DNA from: Candidatus Limnocylindrales bacterium
Lineage (GTDB): Bacteria; Chloroflexota; Limnocylindria; Limnocylindrales; CSP1-4
Reading direction: 5' to 3'
DNA length: 64,000 nt
NCBI GenBank assembly: GCA_036002525.1
Contig: DASYTG010000034.1
Location: 41,257-105,256 of the forward strand
The position numbers and the translations under genes are program-made. Below are positions 9,581-17,947 of this stretch, one piece after another. The notes under the pieces are model-generated. The model was not told the DNA's origin. It saw nothing but the letters and a program-made list of their open reading frames with translations, and made no database searches. Numbering within the stretch: the stretch's first letter is position 1; each line of letters starts with the position of its first letter.

Positions 9581-10921
9581 TTGCGACGCCCCTCGGGCCT
9601 GTCGAGATTCGTCGCCCGGGCGGCTGGACGGTCCGGCGCGAGACGGGAGACCTGGGTGTTGCACACCGACTTCGTCAAGGCTGCCCGCGGCAGGTCGCGA
9701 CTCCGGTTTGCAGCTGCCGTCACCGCGATCGCCCTGCTCGCCGGGGCGGGCCCGGCCGCCGGCACGGCACCACGCCCCACGGGGGAGGCCGCGGCGGCCC
9801 CGACCGCCTACAACCCCACCGCCGTCACGCTCGGTTGGACGAAGGTCGTCGAAGGGCTGTCGAAGCCCGTCCTCGTGACACACGCGGGGGACGCGTCGGG
9901 GCGCCTGTTCATCGTCGAGCAGTCGGGACGAATCCGCGTGTTCAAGGGCGGCTCGCTCCTCGCCGCCCCGTTCCTCAATCTTTCGGCCTCGATCTCGACG
10001 GGCTCGGAGCAGGGCCTGCTCGGACTGGCCTTCCATCCGTCGTTCGAGACGAACGGCAAGTTCTACGTGAACCTGACGCTCAAGGACGGCACCACGGCGA
10101 TCAACGAGTACCGCGTCACCACGAACCCGGACGTCGTCGACTGGCGGACCGGCCGCCGGATCATGACGATCGCCCAGCCCTACCCGAACCATAACGGCGG
10201 GCACCTGGCGTTCGGGCCGGACGGCTACCTCTACATCGGCATGGGCGACGGTGGCTCGGCCGGCGATCCCGGCAACCGGGCCCAGAACCTCAACAGCCTC
10301 CTCGGCAAGATGCTCAGGATCAACGCCAACCTGCCATCGGCATCGGGCGCGAGGAATTACCGGATCCCCCAGACGAACCCGTACGTCGACAAGACGGGTC
10401 TGGACGAGATCTGGGCGCGCGGCCTCCGGAACCCGTGGCGATTCTCCTTCGACCGGGCGACCGGAGACCTGTGGATCGGCGACGTTGGCCAGAACCGGTA
10501 CGAGGAGGTCGACGTCTCGCGCGCGGTCAGCGGCCTCAACGCCGGGCGCGGCACAAACTACGGCTGGCGGATCATGGAGGGCCGTCACTGCTACAACCCG
10601 TCGAGCTGCAGCTCAGGCGGCAAGGTCCTCCCGATCGTCGAGTACGGTCATGCCGTGAGCGGCGAAGACAACTGCTCGGTTACGGGCGGATATGTCTACC
10701 GCGGGTCGGCGTATCCGGCGCTCGTCGGCGCGTACGTCTTCGGCGACTACTGCTCGGGCCGGGTATGGACGATCTCGGCGACAGCCACGTACCCGCCGGT
10801 CCGGGTAGAGCACCTCAACTCCGGCTTCAACATCTCGTCCTTCGGGGAAGACGAGGCCGGCCAGCTCTACGTCGTCTTCCTTCAAGGCCTCGTGTACAAG
10901 CTGACGGCCGCCCCCAAGTAG
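9581..10921 (+). CDS. PQQ-dependent sugar dehydrogenase (soluble glucose/sorbosone dehydrogenase-like beta-propeller), secreted
   Basis: GLLGLAFHPSFETNGKFYV, HNGGHLAFGPDGYLYIGMGDGGSAGDPGNRAQNLNSLLGKMLRI and RNPWRFSFDRATGDLWIGDVGQNRYEEVD. N-terminal signal-like RLRFAAAVTAIALLAGAGPAAG. The exact start is uncertain. Confidence 0.9.
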   Translation: MRRPSGLSRFVARAAGRSGARRETWVLHTDFVKAARGRSRLRFAAAVTAIALLAGAGPAAGTAPRPTGEAAAAPTAYNPTAVTLGWTKVVEGLSKPVLVTHAGDASGRLFIVEQSGRIRVFKGGSLLAAPFLNLSASISTGSEQGLLGLAFHPSFETNGKFYVNLTLKDGTTAINEYRVTTNPDVVDWRTGRRIMTIAQPYPNHNGGHLAFGPDGYLYIGMGDGGSAGDPGNRAQNLNSLLGKMLRINANLPSASGARNYRIPQTNPYVDKTGLDEIWARGLRNPWRFSFDRATGDLWIGDVGQNRYEEVDVSRAVSGLNAGRGTNYGWRIMEGRHCYNPSSCSSGGKVLPIVEYGHAVSGEDNCSVTGGYVYRGSAYPALVGAYVFGDYCSGRVWTISATATYPPVRVEHLNSGFNISSFGEDEAGQLYVVFLQGLVYKLTAAPK

Positions 10922-10930
10922 CCTCTCCGG

Positions 10931-12070
10931 TCAGGGCTCGCCGAACCGGGCAGGATCGAGGGCGGGCGGCGGCTTCGCGCGTCGCCCGAGCACCACGTCG
11001 GCGAGCAGGCGCGCCGTTCCCGGGCCGGTCGAGATTCCCCACGGTCCGTGGCCGGCGACGACGAACAGGCCGTCGAGCCACGGGATCCGGCCGACGAGCG
11101 GACGGCCGTCCGCGCTGAGAGGCCTGGCACAGCTGCGCATCCCGATGAGCGGCGCGTCGCCAAGCGCCGGCACGAACCTCGCGCCGTGCCGGCGGAGCGC
11201 CGGCGCGAGCGCGTCCACGTCCGGCTCGGCCTCGAAGAACGTCGAGCCGAGGACGGACCGCCCGCCGGCGGTCACCAGGCTGAAGGCGATGCCGGACGGT
11301 CCCTCCTCGCCGCCCGGCTCGATCGTGTCGTCGATCTCCGCGTCCTCTAGGACGTGGCGCGGGGGCGAGGCGAGCTCGACCTCGGCGACGACGCCCCAGA
11401 GCGGCAGGATGGGCCGCCAGCGGCCGGACGGATCCACGAAATCCGGGGACCACGGGCCGGCGGCGACGACGACGGCCCCGGCCATGATCCGATCGATCCC
11501 GCCGGTCTGAATGCCGATCGCCCTGTCCCCCTGGCGAAGGAGCCGGGCCGCCAGCCGGAGACCGACCCTCACACCCCGCCGCTCCGCGAGCGCCGCGTAG
11601 GCGCGCGTTGCCGCGGCGGGCGCGACAGGAAAGCCGATCGCCACCCGGCAGGCGGCGACCGAGGGGTGGAGCGACGGCTCGAGCGCCGTCAGCGCGTCGC
11701 CCTCGAGGAACTCCGGCTCCAGCTCGGGATGGGTTGCGGCGAGGTCCGCCGCGAGCCGCCGGGCGACGGCCGGCCGGCGGGTGACGTGGAGCAAGCCGGC
11801 AGGTTCGGCCGGCAGGGCGAAGCCTCCGCTGCCGGCATCCTCGAGCCGCCGGTACTCCGCCAGGGTGTCGCGGTATAGCCCCGCGAGGATCGGATCGAGG
11901 GGGGCCTGGACGACACCGGAGTTGCGGCCGGACGCGCCCGACGCGATCGCCGTTCGTTCGATCAACGCGACCGACGCGCCGCCCTCGGCGAGGAACGCCG
12001 CCGTGGCGGTGCCGGCGATCCCGCCGCCGACCACGACGACGTCCACCCGGGTCGGCAGCCCGCCGGACAC
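10931..12070 (-). CDS. FAD-dependent oxidoreductase (DAO/glycine oxidase-like)
   Basis: N-terminal dinucleotide-binding VDVVVVGGGIAGTATAAFLAEGGASVALIER ... GASGRNSG. Confidence 0.9.
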   Translation of the reverse strand: MSGGLPTRVDVVVVGGGIAGTATAAFLAEGGASVALIERTAIASGASGRNSGVVQAPLDPILAGLYRDTLAEYRRLEDAGSGGFALPAEPAGLLHVTRRPAVARRLAADLAATHPELEPEFLEGDALTALEPSLHPSVAACRVAIGFPVAPAAATRAYAALAERRGVRVGLRLAARLLRQGDRAIGIQTGGIDRIMAGAVVVAAGPWSPDFVDPSGRWRPILPLWGVVAEVELASPPRHVLEDAEIDDTIEPGGEEGPSGIAFSLVTAGGRSVLGSTFFEAEPDVDALAPALRRHGARFVPALGDAPLIGMRSCARPLSADGRPLVGRIPWLDGLFVVAGHGPWGISTGPGTARLLADVVLGRRAKPPPALDPARFGEP

Positions 12071-12075
12071 CCGCG

Positions 12076-13344
12076 TCAGGACGCGGTGGTCGCCGGGACG
12101 GAGCTGACGACGATCCGCCGGATCGACTCGACCAACCGATCGACCTCTGCCGCGGTGTTGTAGTGGGTGAGTCCGATCCGCAGGACGCCGCCCGACTCGC
12201 CCAGCCCGAGGCTCTCGATGAGCCCGGTCGCGTAGAAGTCACCGTGCCACGTGGCGATCCCCTCGCCGCCGAGCGCGATCGAGATCGCCTCGGGCGAGTG
12301 GCCGTCGAACCGGATCGCGGCGGTCGGCGTCCGGTCCCCGAACCGCGCCCGGTCGGCGATCCCGTACAGCCTGAGCCCGGGGATCGACTCGAGGCCGTCG
12401 AGGAGCCGGGCGAACAGCGCCATCTCGTACGCCCGGATGGCGTCCATGCCGGCGAGGATCGCCGGGCGCCGGCCGGTCGAGACGCCCCCGCCTCCCTGCC
12501 GCCCGACGTCCGCGATGTACTCGATTGCGGCGAGGACGCCCGCAAGGCCTTCGAAGTTCATCGTTCCGGTCTCGAACCGGTGGTGGGCCGGACGGATCTT
12601 GTACGACGGCAGGCGCTCGAGAACCTCGCGCCGTCCGTAGAGCACGCCGGCGTGGGGCCCGAAGAACTTGTACGCCGAGCAGGCCAGGAGGTCGACGTCG
12701 ACGTCGCGCACGTCGATTGGCCCGTGAGGCGCCCAGTGGACGGCGTCGACGTAGACGAGGGCCCCGGCGGCATGTGCTCGCCGGGCGATCTCCCTGACCG
12801 GATTCACCGTCCCCACCGCGTTCGACGCCCAGCCGAACGCGACGAGGCGCGTTCGCGGCCCGAGCACCCGATCGAGGTCGTCGAGGTCGAGCGTGCAATC
12901 CTCCGGGCGGATCGCGACGGCCCGAACAGTGAGCCCGCGGTCGGCGGCGATCGACCGCCACGGCCCGATGTTCGCCTCGTGATCGAGACCCGTGACGACG
13001 ATCTCGTCGCCGGGCGCCATCGTCGCGCCGAGCGATCGGCTCACGTGGAGCGTCAACGAGGTCATGTTCGCTCCGAACGTGATCTCGTTCGGCCCGTCGG
13101 CGCCGAGCAGGTCCGCGGCGGCGGCGTGGGCCTCGGCGACGATCGCGTCGGAGCGGATGCTCGTCGGAAATGGCCCGCCGGCATTCGCGTTCGACTCGCG
13201 GTAATAGCGGCTGACTGCATCGATGACGGTGTCGGGCACCTGCGTTCCACCCGGCCCGTCGAAGAACGCCATCGGCCGCCCCTCGTGGGTCAGCGACAGG
13301 GCCGGGAACCGGCGCCGAACTGCCTCGACGTCGAAGGCGGTCAT
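12076..13344 (-). CDS. class V aminotransferase / cysteine desulfurase-like PLP enzyme
   Basis: MTAFDVEAVRRRFPAL start, HEANIGPW, and the PLP-lysine region CSAYKFFGPHAGVLYG. It lies 5 nt upstream of the FAD oxidoreductase gene. Confidence 0.9.
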   Translation of the reverse strand: MTAFDVEAVRRRFPALSLTHEGRPMAFFDGPGGTQVPDTVIDAVSRYYRESNANAGGPFPTSIRSDAIVAEAHAAAADLLGADGPNEITFGANMTSLTLHVSRSLGATMAPGDEIVVTGLDHEANIGPWRSIAADRGLTVRAVAIRPEDCTLDLDDLDRVLGPRTRLVAFGWASNAVGTVNPVREIARRAHAAGALVYVDAVHWAPHGPIDVRDVDVDLLACSAYKFFGPHAGVLYGRREVLERLPSYKIRPAHHRFETGTMNFEGLAGVLAAIEYIADVGRQGGGGVSTGRRPAILAGMDAIRAYEMALFARLLDGLESIPGLRLYGIADRARFGDRTPTAAIRFDGHSPEAISIALGGEGIATWHGDFYATGLIESLGLGESGGVLRIGLTHYNTAAEVDRLVESIRRIVVSSVPATTAS

Positions 13345-13354
13345 CCCTGGAATG

Positions 13355-14086
13355 CTAGCCGGTCGCCCACACCCCCACCGGCGTCCACCTCAGGGGAACG
13401 TCCACAAGGATGAGCTCGGATGGCTCGGTCGCCCCGATCCGGAGGTCAGGCTGGTCCCAGGCCCGAGCCGCCGCGCCCTCGGCCGCGGGCTCGTCGTCGA
13501 ACGTGCCCGCGCCGCGGATCCGGTAGGCATAGACGCCCCGGCCCTCCCCCATCGGGTGGCGCACCTCGGCGCCCGGGTCGAGCAGCGCCACGTGGACCGA
13601 TGCGTCCTGGTGGATCTTCACGGGGTCGTCCGGCGCCGGGCCGGCGACGCGGAGGAGCCGGTTCGTGCGGTCGGCCGCAGAAAACGTCCGCTGGTCGACC
13701 GACGGCGGGAGGTCCGCGGTGTCGGGCAGGATCCAGAACTGAAGGAAGCGCAGCGGGTCTGTCGGCGAGCCGTTCTTCTCGGAGTGCCACATCCCCGATC
13801 CGAGGGTCGCCCGCTGGAGCGAGCCCGGCGGGAGGATCCCGCCATTGCCCATCGAGTCCTCGTGCTCGAACGTCCCGTCGACCACCCAGGTGATCCCCTC
13901 GATGTCGCGATGGGGATGAAGCGGCCAGACGGCCCCCGGGACCAGCCGGTCGTCGTTGAACACCCGCAGGGGGCCGAAGCCCATCTGCTCGGGGTCTCGA
14001 TACTGATCGAACGAGAAGTGCCAGCGGGCGTCGAACCAGCCGCCCTGGGTCCGGTGGATCTCCTCCGGGCGCCGCGTCACGAGCAC
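13355..14086 (-). CDS. pirin family protein
   Basis: GWFDARWHFSFDQYRDPEQMGFGPLRVFNDDRL..WPLHPHRDIEGITWVVDGTFEHEDSMGN..MWHSEKN. Start trimmed to the GTG at 14086, because the listed N-terminal extension overlaps the YceI gene. Confidence 0.85.
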   Translation of the reverse strand: MLVTRRPEEIHRTQGGWFDARWHFSFDQYRDPEQMGFGPLRVFNDDRLVPGAVWPLHPHRDIEGITWVVDGTFEHEDSMGNGGILPPGSLQRATLGSGMWHSEKNGSPTDPLRFLQFWILPDTADLPPSVDQRTFSAADRTNRLLRVAGPAPDDPVKIHQDASVHVALLDPGAEVRHPMGEGRGVYAYRIRGAGTFDDEPAAEGAAARAWDQPDLRIGATEPSELILVDVPLRWTPVGVWATG

Positions 14087-14087
14087 G

Positions 14088-14703
14088 TCAGGCCGCCACG
14101 TCCCTGGCGGACGCGACCTCGGGGGGCGCGCCCCCGGCCGCTGCAACCTCGTCGGCCGCTGCAACCTCGTCGGCCGCCGCGACCTCGTCGGCCGCAACCT
14201 CGATGGCGAGCTTGATCTCATCCCCGACGAGCCAGCCACCGGCCTCGAGCGCCATGTTCCAGTTCAGCCCCCACTCCTTCCGGTTGACCCTGGCCCGTGC
14301 GCTGAAGCCGGCGTGGCGAGCGCCGCTCAGGCCCCAGGTCGTTCCCAGGAACTCGACGTCGAATGTCACCGGTCGGGTCACGCCCCGGATCGTCACATCC
14401 GCCGTCACCGCGTAGTGGCCGCCGTCGGAAGGCTCGACCGACGTCGTCCGGACGAGAATCCACTCGTGACGATCGGTGTCGAAGAAGTCCGCCGAGCGGA
14501 GATGCTGGTCGCGTGCCTCGAAGCCGGTCGACAGGCTCGCCGCTCCCACCCGGAGCTCGCCGCTCGACCGGGACGGCTGCTCCTCGTCGAGATCGAGGGC
14601 GCCCTCGACGCGATCGAACTTGCCGCGGACGGTCGTGATCATCATGTGCTTGGCCGAGAACGATACGTCGGTGTGAGCGGGGTCGATCTTCCAGGTGCCC
14701 ATC
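14088..14703 (-). CDS. YceI family protein with C-terminal ADEVAA tandem repeat
   Basis: MGTWKIDPAHTDVSFSAKHMMITTVRGKF ... is a classic YceI N-terminus. Start at the ATG at 14703. The C-terminus AADEVAAADEVAAADEVAAA is encoded by an 18-bp tandem repeat at about 14137-14202. Confidence 0.85.
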
Positions 14704-14741
14704 GGGTCCTCCAGCGGCGGCGGTAACGCCACGCATAAGTT

Positions 14742-14786
14742 GTTGACTCCGCAACCATATCGCGAAAGTCGTTGCAATGTCAACGA
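14742..14786. promoter_or_regulatory. candidate MarR operator(s) in the divergent YceI/MarR intergenic region
   Basis: GTTGACtccgCAAC (about 14742-14755) and the imperfect palindrome TCGTTGCAATGTCAACGA (about 14769-14786) lie between the divergent starts at 14703 and 14808. Confidence 0.4.
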
Positions 14787-14807
14787 TCGGCCGTGTATCA
14801 TCCGCCC

Positions 14808-15359
14808 ATGACCGTCGCACGGGCACCAGCCCGGGACAGCGCCTCCGATCGGCGAATTGCCGCGGGCGACGCACGCCTCGACGCCTGGCGAGCGTTCCTC
14901 CAGGCCCACGTCCGGCTGTTCCGTCGGCTCGACGAAGACCTTCGTGCGGAGCACGGCCTCTCCCTGGCCGAGTACGACGCGCTCCTCCAGATCGCGCAGG
15001 CCCCGGAGCGGCACCTCCGGATGAGCCAGCTCGCCAGTCGCGTCCTCCTCAGCAAGAGCGGCGTCACGCGGCTGGTGGACCGACTCGTCGCGGACGGACT
15101 CGTCGAGCGGACCCAGTGCAGCTCGGACGCCCGGGGCGCCGAGGCCGCGCTCACGGCCGACGGGCTGGCGCGCCTGCGGGCGGCGGCGCCGACGCACCTG
15201 CGGGGCATCGACGCGTACTTCATCTCGGCCGTCGAGCCAGCCGACCTCGCGGTCCTCGAGCGATCGATGAATGCGATCTCACGCCACACCGGCGATGCCG
15301 GCTCGGCGCCCGATTCGGACGCAGCCTGCGATCCATCCGATGGAGTCCCCGGCGGCTGA
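14808..15359 (+). CDS. MarR family transcriptional regulator
   Basis: LSLAEYDALLQIAQAPERHLRMSQLASRVLLSKSGVTRLVDRLVADGLVER is a winged-HTH typical of MarR. Start at the ATG at 14808 (MTVARAP). Confidence 0.85.
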   Translation: MTVARAPARDSASDRRIAAGDARLDAWRAFLQAHVRLFRRLDEDLRAEHGLSLAEYDALLQIAQAPERHLRMSQLASRVLLSKSGVTRLVDRLVADGLVERTQCSSDARGAEAALTADGLARLRAAAPTHLRGIDAYFISAVEPADLAVLERSMNAISRHTGDAGSAPDSDAACDPSDGVPGG

Positions 15360-16137
15360 GGACGCCGGCGTCCCTGGCTCGAGGGGGCGCCTGTACGTCG
15401 GGACGAGCGGGTTCGCCTATCCCGGCTGGTCGCCCCTGTTCTACCCGGCCGGCCTGCGGGGCGATGGGCTGCTGCCGTTCTACGCGCGCCACTTTCCGGC
15501 CTGTGAGCTCAACAACACGTTCTACCAGCAGCCGTCGGAGTCGAAGGTCGCGGCGTGGCTGGCCGCCACCCCGGCCGACTTCCGGTTCGCCGTCAAGGCC
15601 CAGCGCGGCGGCTCGTTCCGGGCGCTCAGGGTCGATCCCGTCGCCAGCGTTCCCTGGCTGACCGCACCCCTCGCCCGGTTCGGCGATCGCCTGGGCAGCG
15701 TGCTCTTCCGGGTCCCGGACAACGTGCCGATCGACGTTTCCCGCCTCGAGGCGCTCCTCGCCGAGTGGCCGCCCGGCCTCCCGCTGACCCTCGAGTTCCA
15801 GGACCCGTCGTGGCATGTCGACGAGGTCTTCGACGCCCTGACCCGGGCACGCGCCGCGCTCTGCGCGACCGACCTCCCGGACGACGAGGGCCCGCCCCCG
15901 CTCCGCCTGACCGGGCCGTTCCTGTACCTCCGCCTCCGGCGCCACGAGTACGAGCCGGCCGACATCGGAGCGTGGGCCGCGCGCCTGGAGCCGTTCCTCG
16001 ATTCCGGGACGGACGCGTTCGTCTTCTTCCGACACGACGAGACGGGCCGGGCGACCGAGTTCGCGACCGCCCTCACGACGGCCCTCGCGGGCGCAGCCGC
16101 GGGCCCGCTAGGCGGCCGGCCCGGTCCGGCCGGCTGA
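15340..16137 (+). CDS. DUF72 domain-containing protein
   Basis: LYVGTSGFAYPGWSPLFYPAGL...LLPFYARHFPACELNNTFYQQP...FRFAVKA is characteristic of DUF72. Start set at MESPAAE (15340); it overlaps the MarR stop. Confidence 0.8.
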   Translation: MESPAAEDAGVPGSRGRLYVGTSGFAYPGWSPLFYPAGLRGDGLLPFYARHFPACELNNTFYQQPSESKVAAWLAATPADFRFAVKAQRGGSFRALRVDPVASVPWLTAPLARFGDRLGSVLFRVPDNVPIDVSRLEALLAEWPPGLPLTLEFQDPSWHVDEVFDALTRARAALCATDLPDDEGPPPLRLTGPFLYLRLRRHEYEPADIGAWAARLEPFLDSGTDAFVFFRHDETGRATEFATALTTALAGAAAGPLGGRPGPAG

Positions 16138-16452
16138 TCCCTCGGCCGGCGCGAAGAAGACGAGGACCCGGAGCTCCTCCTCGATGCCGTGGAACCGGTG
16201 GGGCACCGTCGCCGCGACGTAGATGACGGACCCGGGCCCGACGACCCGGGTCTCGTCCCCGACCGTGATCCGGCCGCGCCCCTCGACGACGTGGTAGACC
16301 TCGTCTTCGTCGTGCGGCTGTTGCCGGTCCACCGCGCCGGCGCCGAGGACGTACAGACCGACCGACAGGGCGGGCCGCCGGACAAACTCGAGATACGGCC
16401 GGTCCGCCGACCGCCGCGTCTCAAGGAGCGTTGACAGCTCGTGCGCCTCCAT
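16108..16452 (-). CDS. cupin domain protein (114 aa)
   Basis: MEAHELS...DEDEVYHVVEGRGRITVGDETRVVGPGSVIYVAATVPHRFHGIEEEL is a cupin motif. The rest of the listed 348-aa ORF is Arg/Gly-rich shadow. Confidence 0.75.
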   Translation of the reverse strand: MEAHELSTLLETRRSADRPYLEFVRRPALSVGLYVLGAGAVDRQQPHDEDEVYHVVEGRGRITVGDETRVVGPGSVIYVAATVPHRFHGIEEELRVLVFFAPAEGSAGRTGPAA

Positions 16453-16563
16453 GGACTCCTCCCGGAACGAGTCTCCACGTTCGAGCGTATCAATGGGCAG
16501 GAGAGCCGGCCGCCGGCCGGCCCGCCGGGCGGGACGATCGCCGCACTCGACTAGGATTCGCCG

Positions 16564-17859
16564 ATGACCCCCTGTCCACGCCGCACGCCGCGGCCCGCCA
16601 CCGCGTTCGCCGGGCTCGTCTTCGTCGTCTTGGCCCTCCTCGCCGTCGGATGCGGCTCCTCGACCGGCACGCCGACGCCCCGCCCTTCGACGGTCGAAGG
16701 AGGTCCGTCGCCGACCGCCCGGCCGGGCGCGAGCACGGCCCCGGGTGCCTCCCCCTCGGAAGCGTCGTTCGATCCGGCCGCCGTCGGGATCGAGCTCGAG
16801 ACGGTCGCCGCGATCCCCGGCCGGCCGCTCGCCATCGCCACCCCGTTCGACGGCAGCGGGCGCCTGTTCGTCGCCGAACAGGGAGGCCGGATCTGGCTCG
16901 TCCGCGACGGCGCAGTCGCGGAGACGCCGTTCCTCGACATCGAGGCCCGCGTGACGGCCGGCGGCGAGCAGGGTCTCCTCGGCCTGGCGTTCCACCCGTC
17001 CTTCCCGGACGATCCGCGATTCTTCGTCTACTACACCGACCGCGACGCGCGCCAGGTCGTCGCCCAGTTCAGCGTCCCGGCGGCCGACGCGGACGCGGCG
17101 GATCCCGATTCGGAGAAGGTCCTCCTGCGGATGGACGACTTCGCCGCGAATCACAACGGCGGCGCGCTCGTCTTCGGGCCCGACGACAAGTTGTACGTCT
17201 CCACCGGCGACGGCGGGGGCGGCGGCGATCCGCGCGGCAACGGCCAGAAGCTCGACACCCTCCTCGGCAAGATCCTCCGGATCGACGTCGACACGACCTC
17301 GGCCGGCGGTCCGTACGGGATCCCCGAGGATAACCCCTTCCGGGAGGAGGCCGGCGCCCAGCCCGAGATCTGGGTGACGGGACTCCGCAATCCCTGGCGG
17401 ATCTCGTTCGACCGGGCCACCGACGACCTCTGGATCGGCGACGTCGGCCAGGGCTCGTTCGAGGAGATCGACGTCGTCCGGGCGGGATCAGGCGGTGGCC
17501 AGAACTTCGGCTGGAACGTCACCGAGGGCTTCCACTGCTTCCCGTCCGGTGAGGCGTGCCCCCCCGACGGGCTCACGCCCCCGGTCACCGAGTACGACCA
17601 TGGCTTCGGCTGCTCGGTCACGGGCGGCTTCGTCTACCGGGGTGCGGCCCAGCCGGGCCTGGTCGGCGGGTACGTCTTCGCCGACTACTGCTCCGGGAAC
17701 GTGTGGCTGATCGACGCCCGGGCGGACGAGGTGCGCGAGCCGCGGCTGGTGCTCGAGAGCGGCCGCTCGATCAGCTCGTTCGGCGAGGACGAGGCCGGGG
17801 AGCTGTACGCGACGGACCTCCAGGGGGAGCTGCTCCGCGTCGTGGCGGTCGCGCCCTGA
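16564..17859 (+). CDS. PQQ-dependent sugar dehydrogenase paralogue, lipoprotein
   Basis: Lipobox LLAVGCGSS. It has GLLGLAFHPSFPDDPRFFV, HNGGALVFGPDDKLYVSTGDGGGGGDPRGNGQKLDTLLGKILRI and RNPWRISFDRATDDLWIGDVGQGSFEEID, and is clearly paralogous to 9581..10921. Confidence 0.9.
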   Translation: MTPCPRRTPRPATAFAGLVFVVLALLAVGCGSSTGTPTPRPSTVEGGPSPTARPGASTAPGASPSEASFDPAAVGIELETVAAIPGRPLAIATPFDGSGRLFVAEQGGRIWLVRDGAVAETPFLDIEARVTAGGEQGLLGLAFHPSFPDDPRFFVYYTDRDARQVVAQFSVPAADADAADPDSEKVLLRMDDFAANHNGGALVFGPDDKLYVSTGDGGGGGDPRGNGQKLDTLLGKILRIDVDTTSAGGPYGIPEDNPFREEAGAQPEIWVTGLRNPWRISFDRATDDLWIGDVGQGSFEEIDVVRAGSGGGQNFGWNVTEGFHCFPSGEACPPDGLTPPVTEYDHGFGCSVTGGFVYRGAAQPGLVGGYVFADYCSGNVWLIDARADEVREPRLVLESGRSISSFGEDEAGELYATDLQGELLRVVAVAP

Positions 17860-17947
17860 GCCCGTTCCGCAGCCTGCAACACGCCTGATAGCCAGGCCCG
17901 AGAGCCCGCGCGGCCGGGCGTGACGGGCATCCCGGCAACATCCGGGC

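Noticed and set aside
13355-14239. N-terminally over-extended track ORFs: pirin 294 aa, YceI 369 aa, cupin 348 aa, MTAP 569 aa, IMPase 471 aa, ABC-2 permease 782 aa, HIT 288 aa and integrase 473 aa
   Set aside because: The extensions are Arg/Pro-rich, overlap neighbouring genes and precede an obvious family N-terminus with an ATG or GTG. That start is often preceded by an SD or makes a 4-nt overlap with the upstream stop. I trimmed the starts accordingly.
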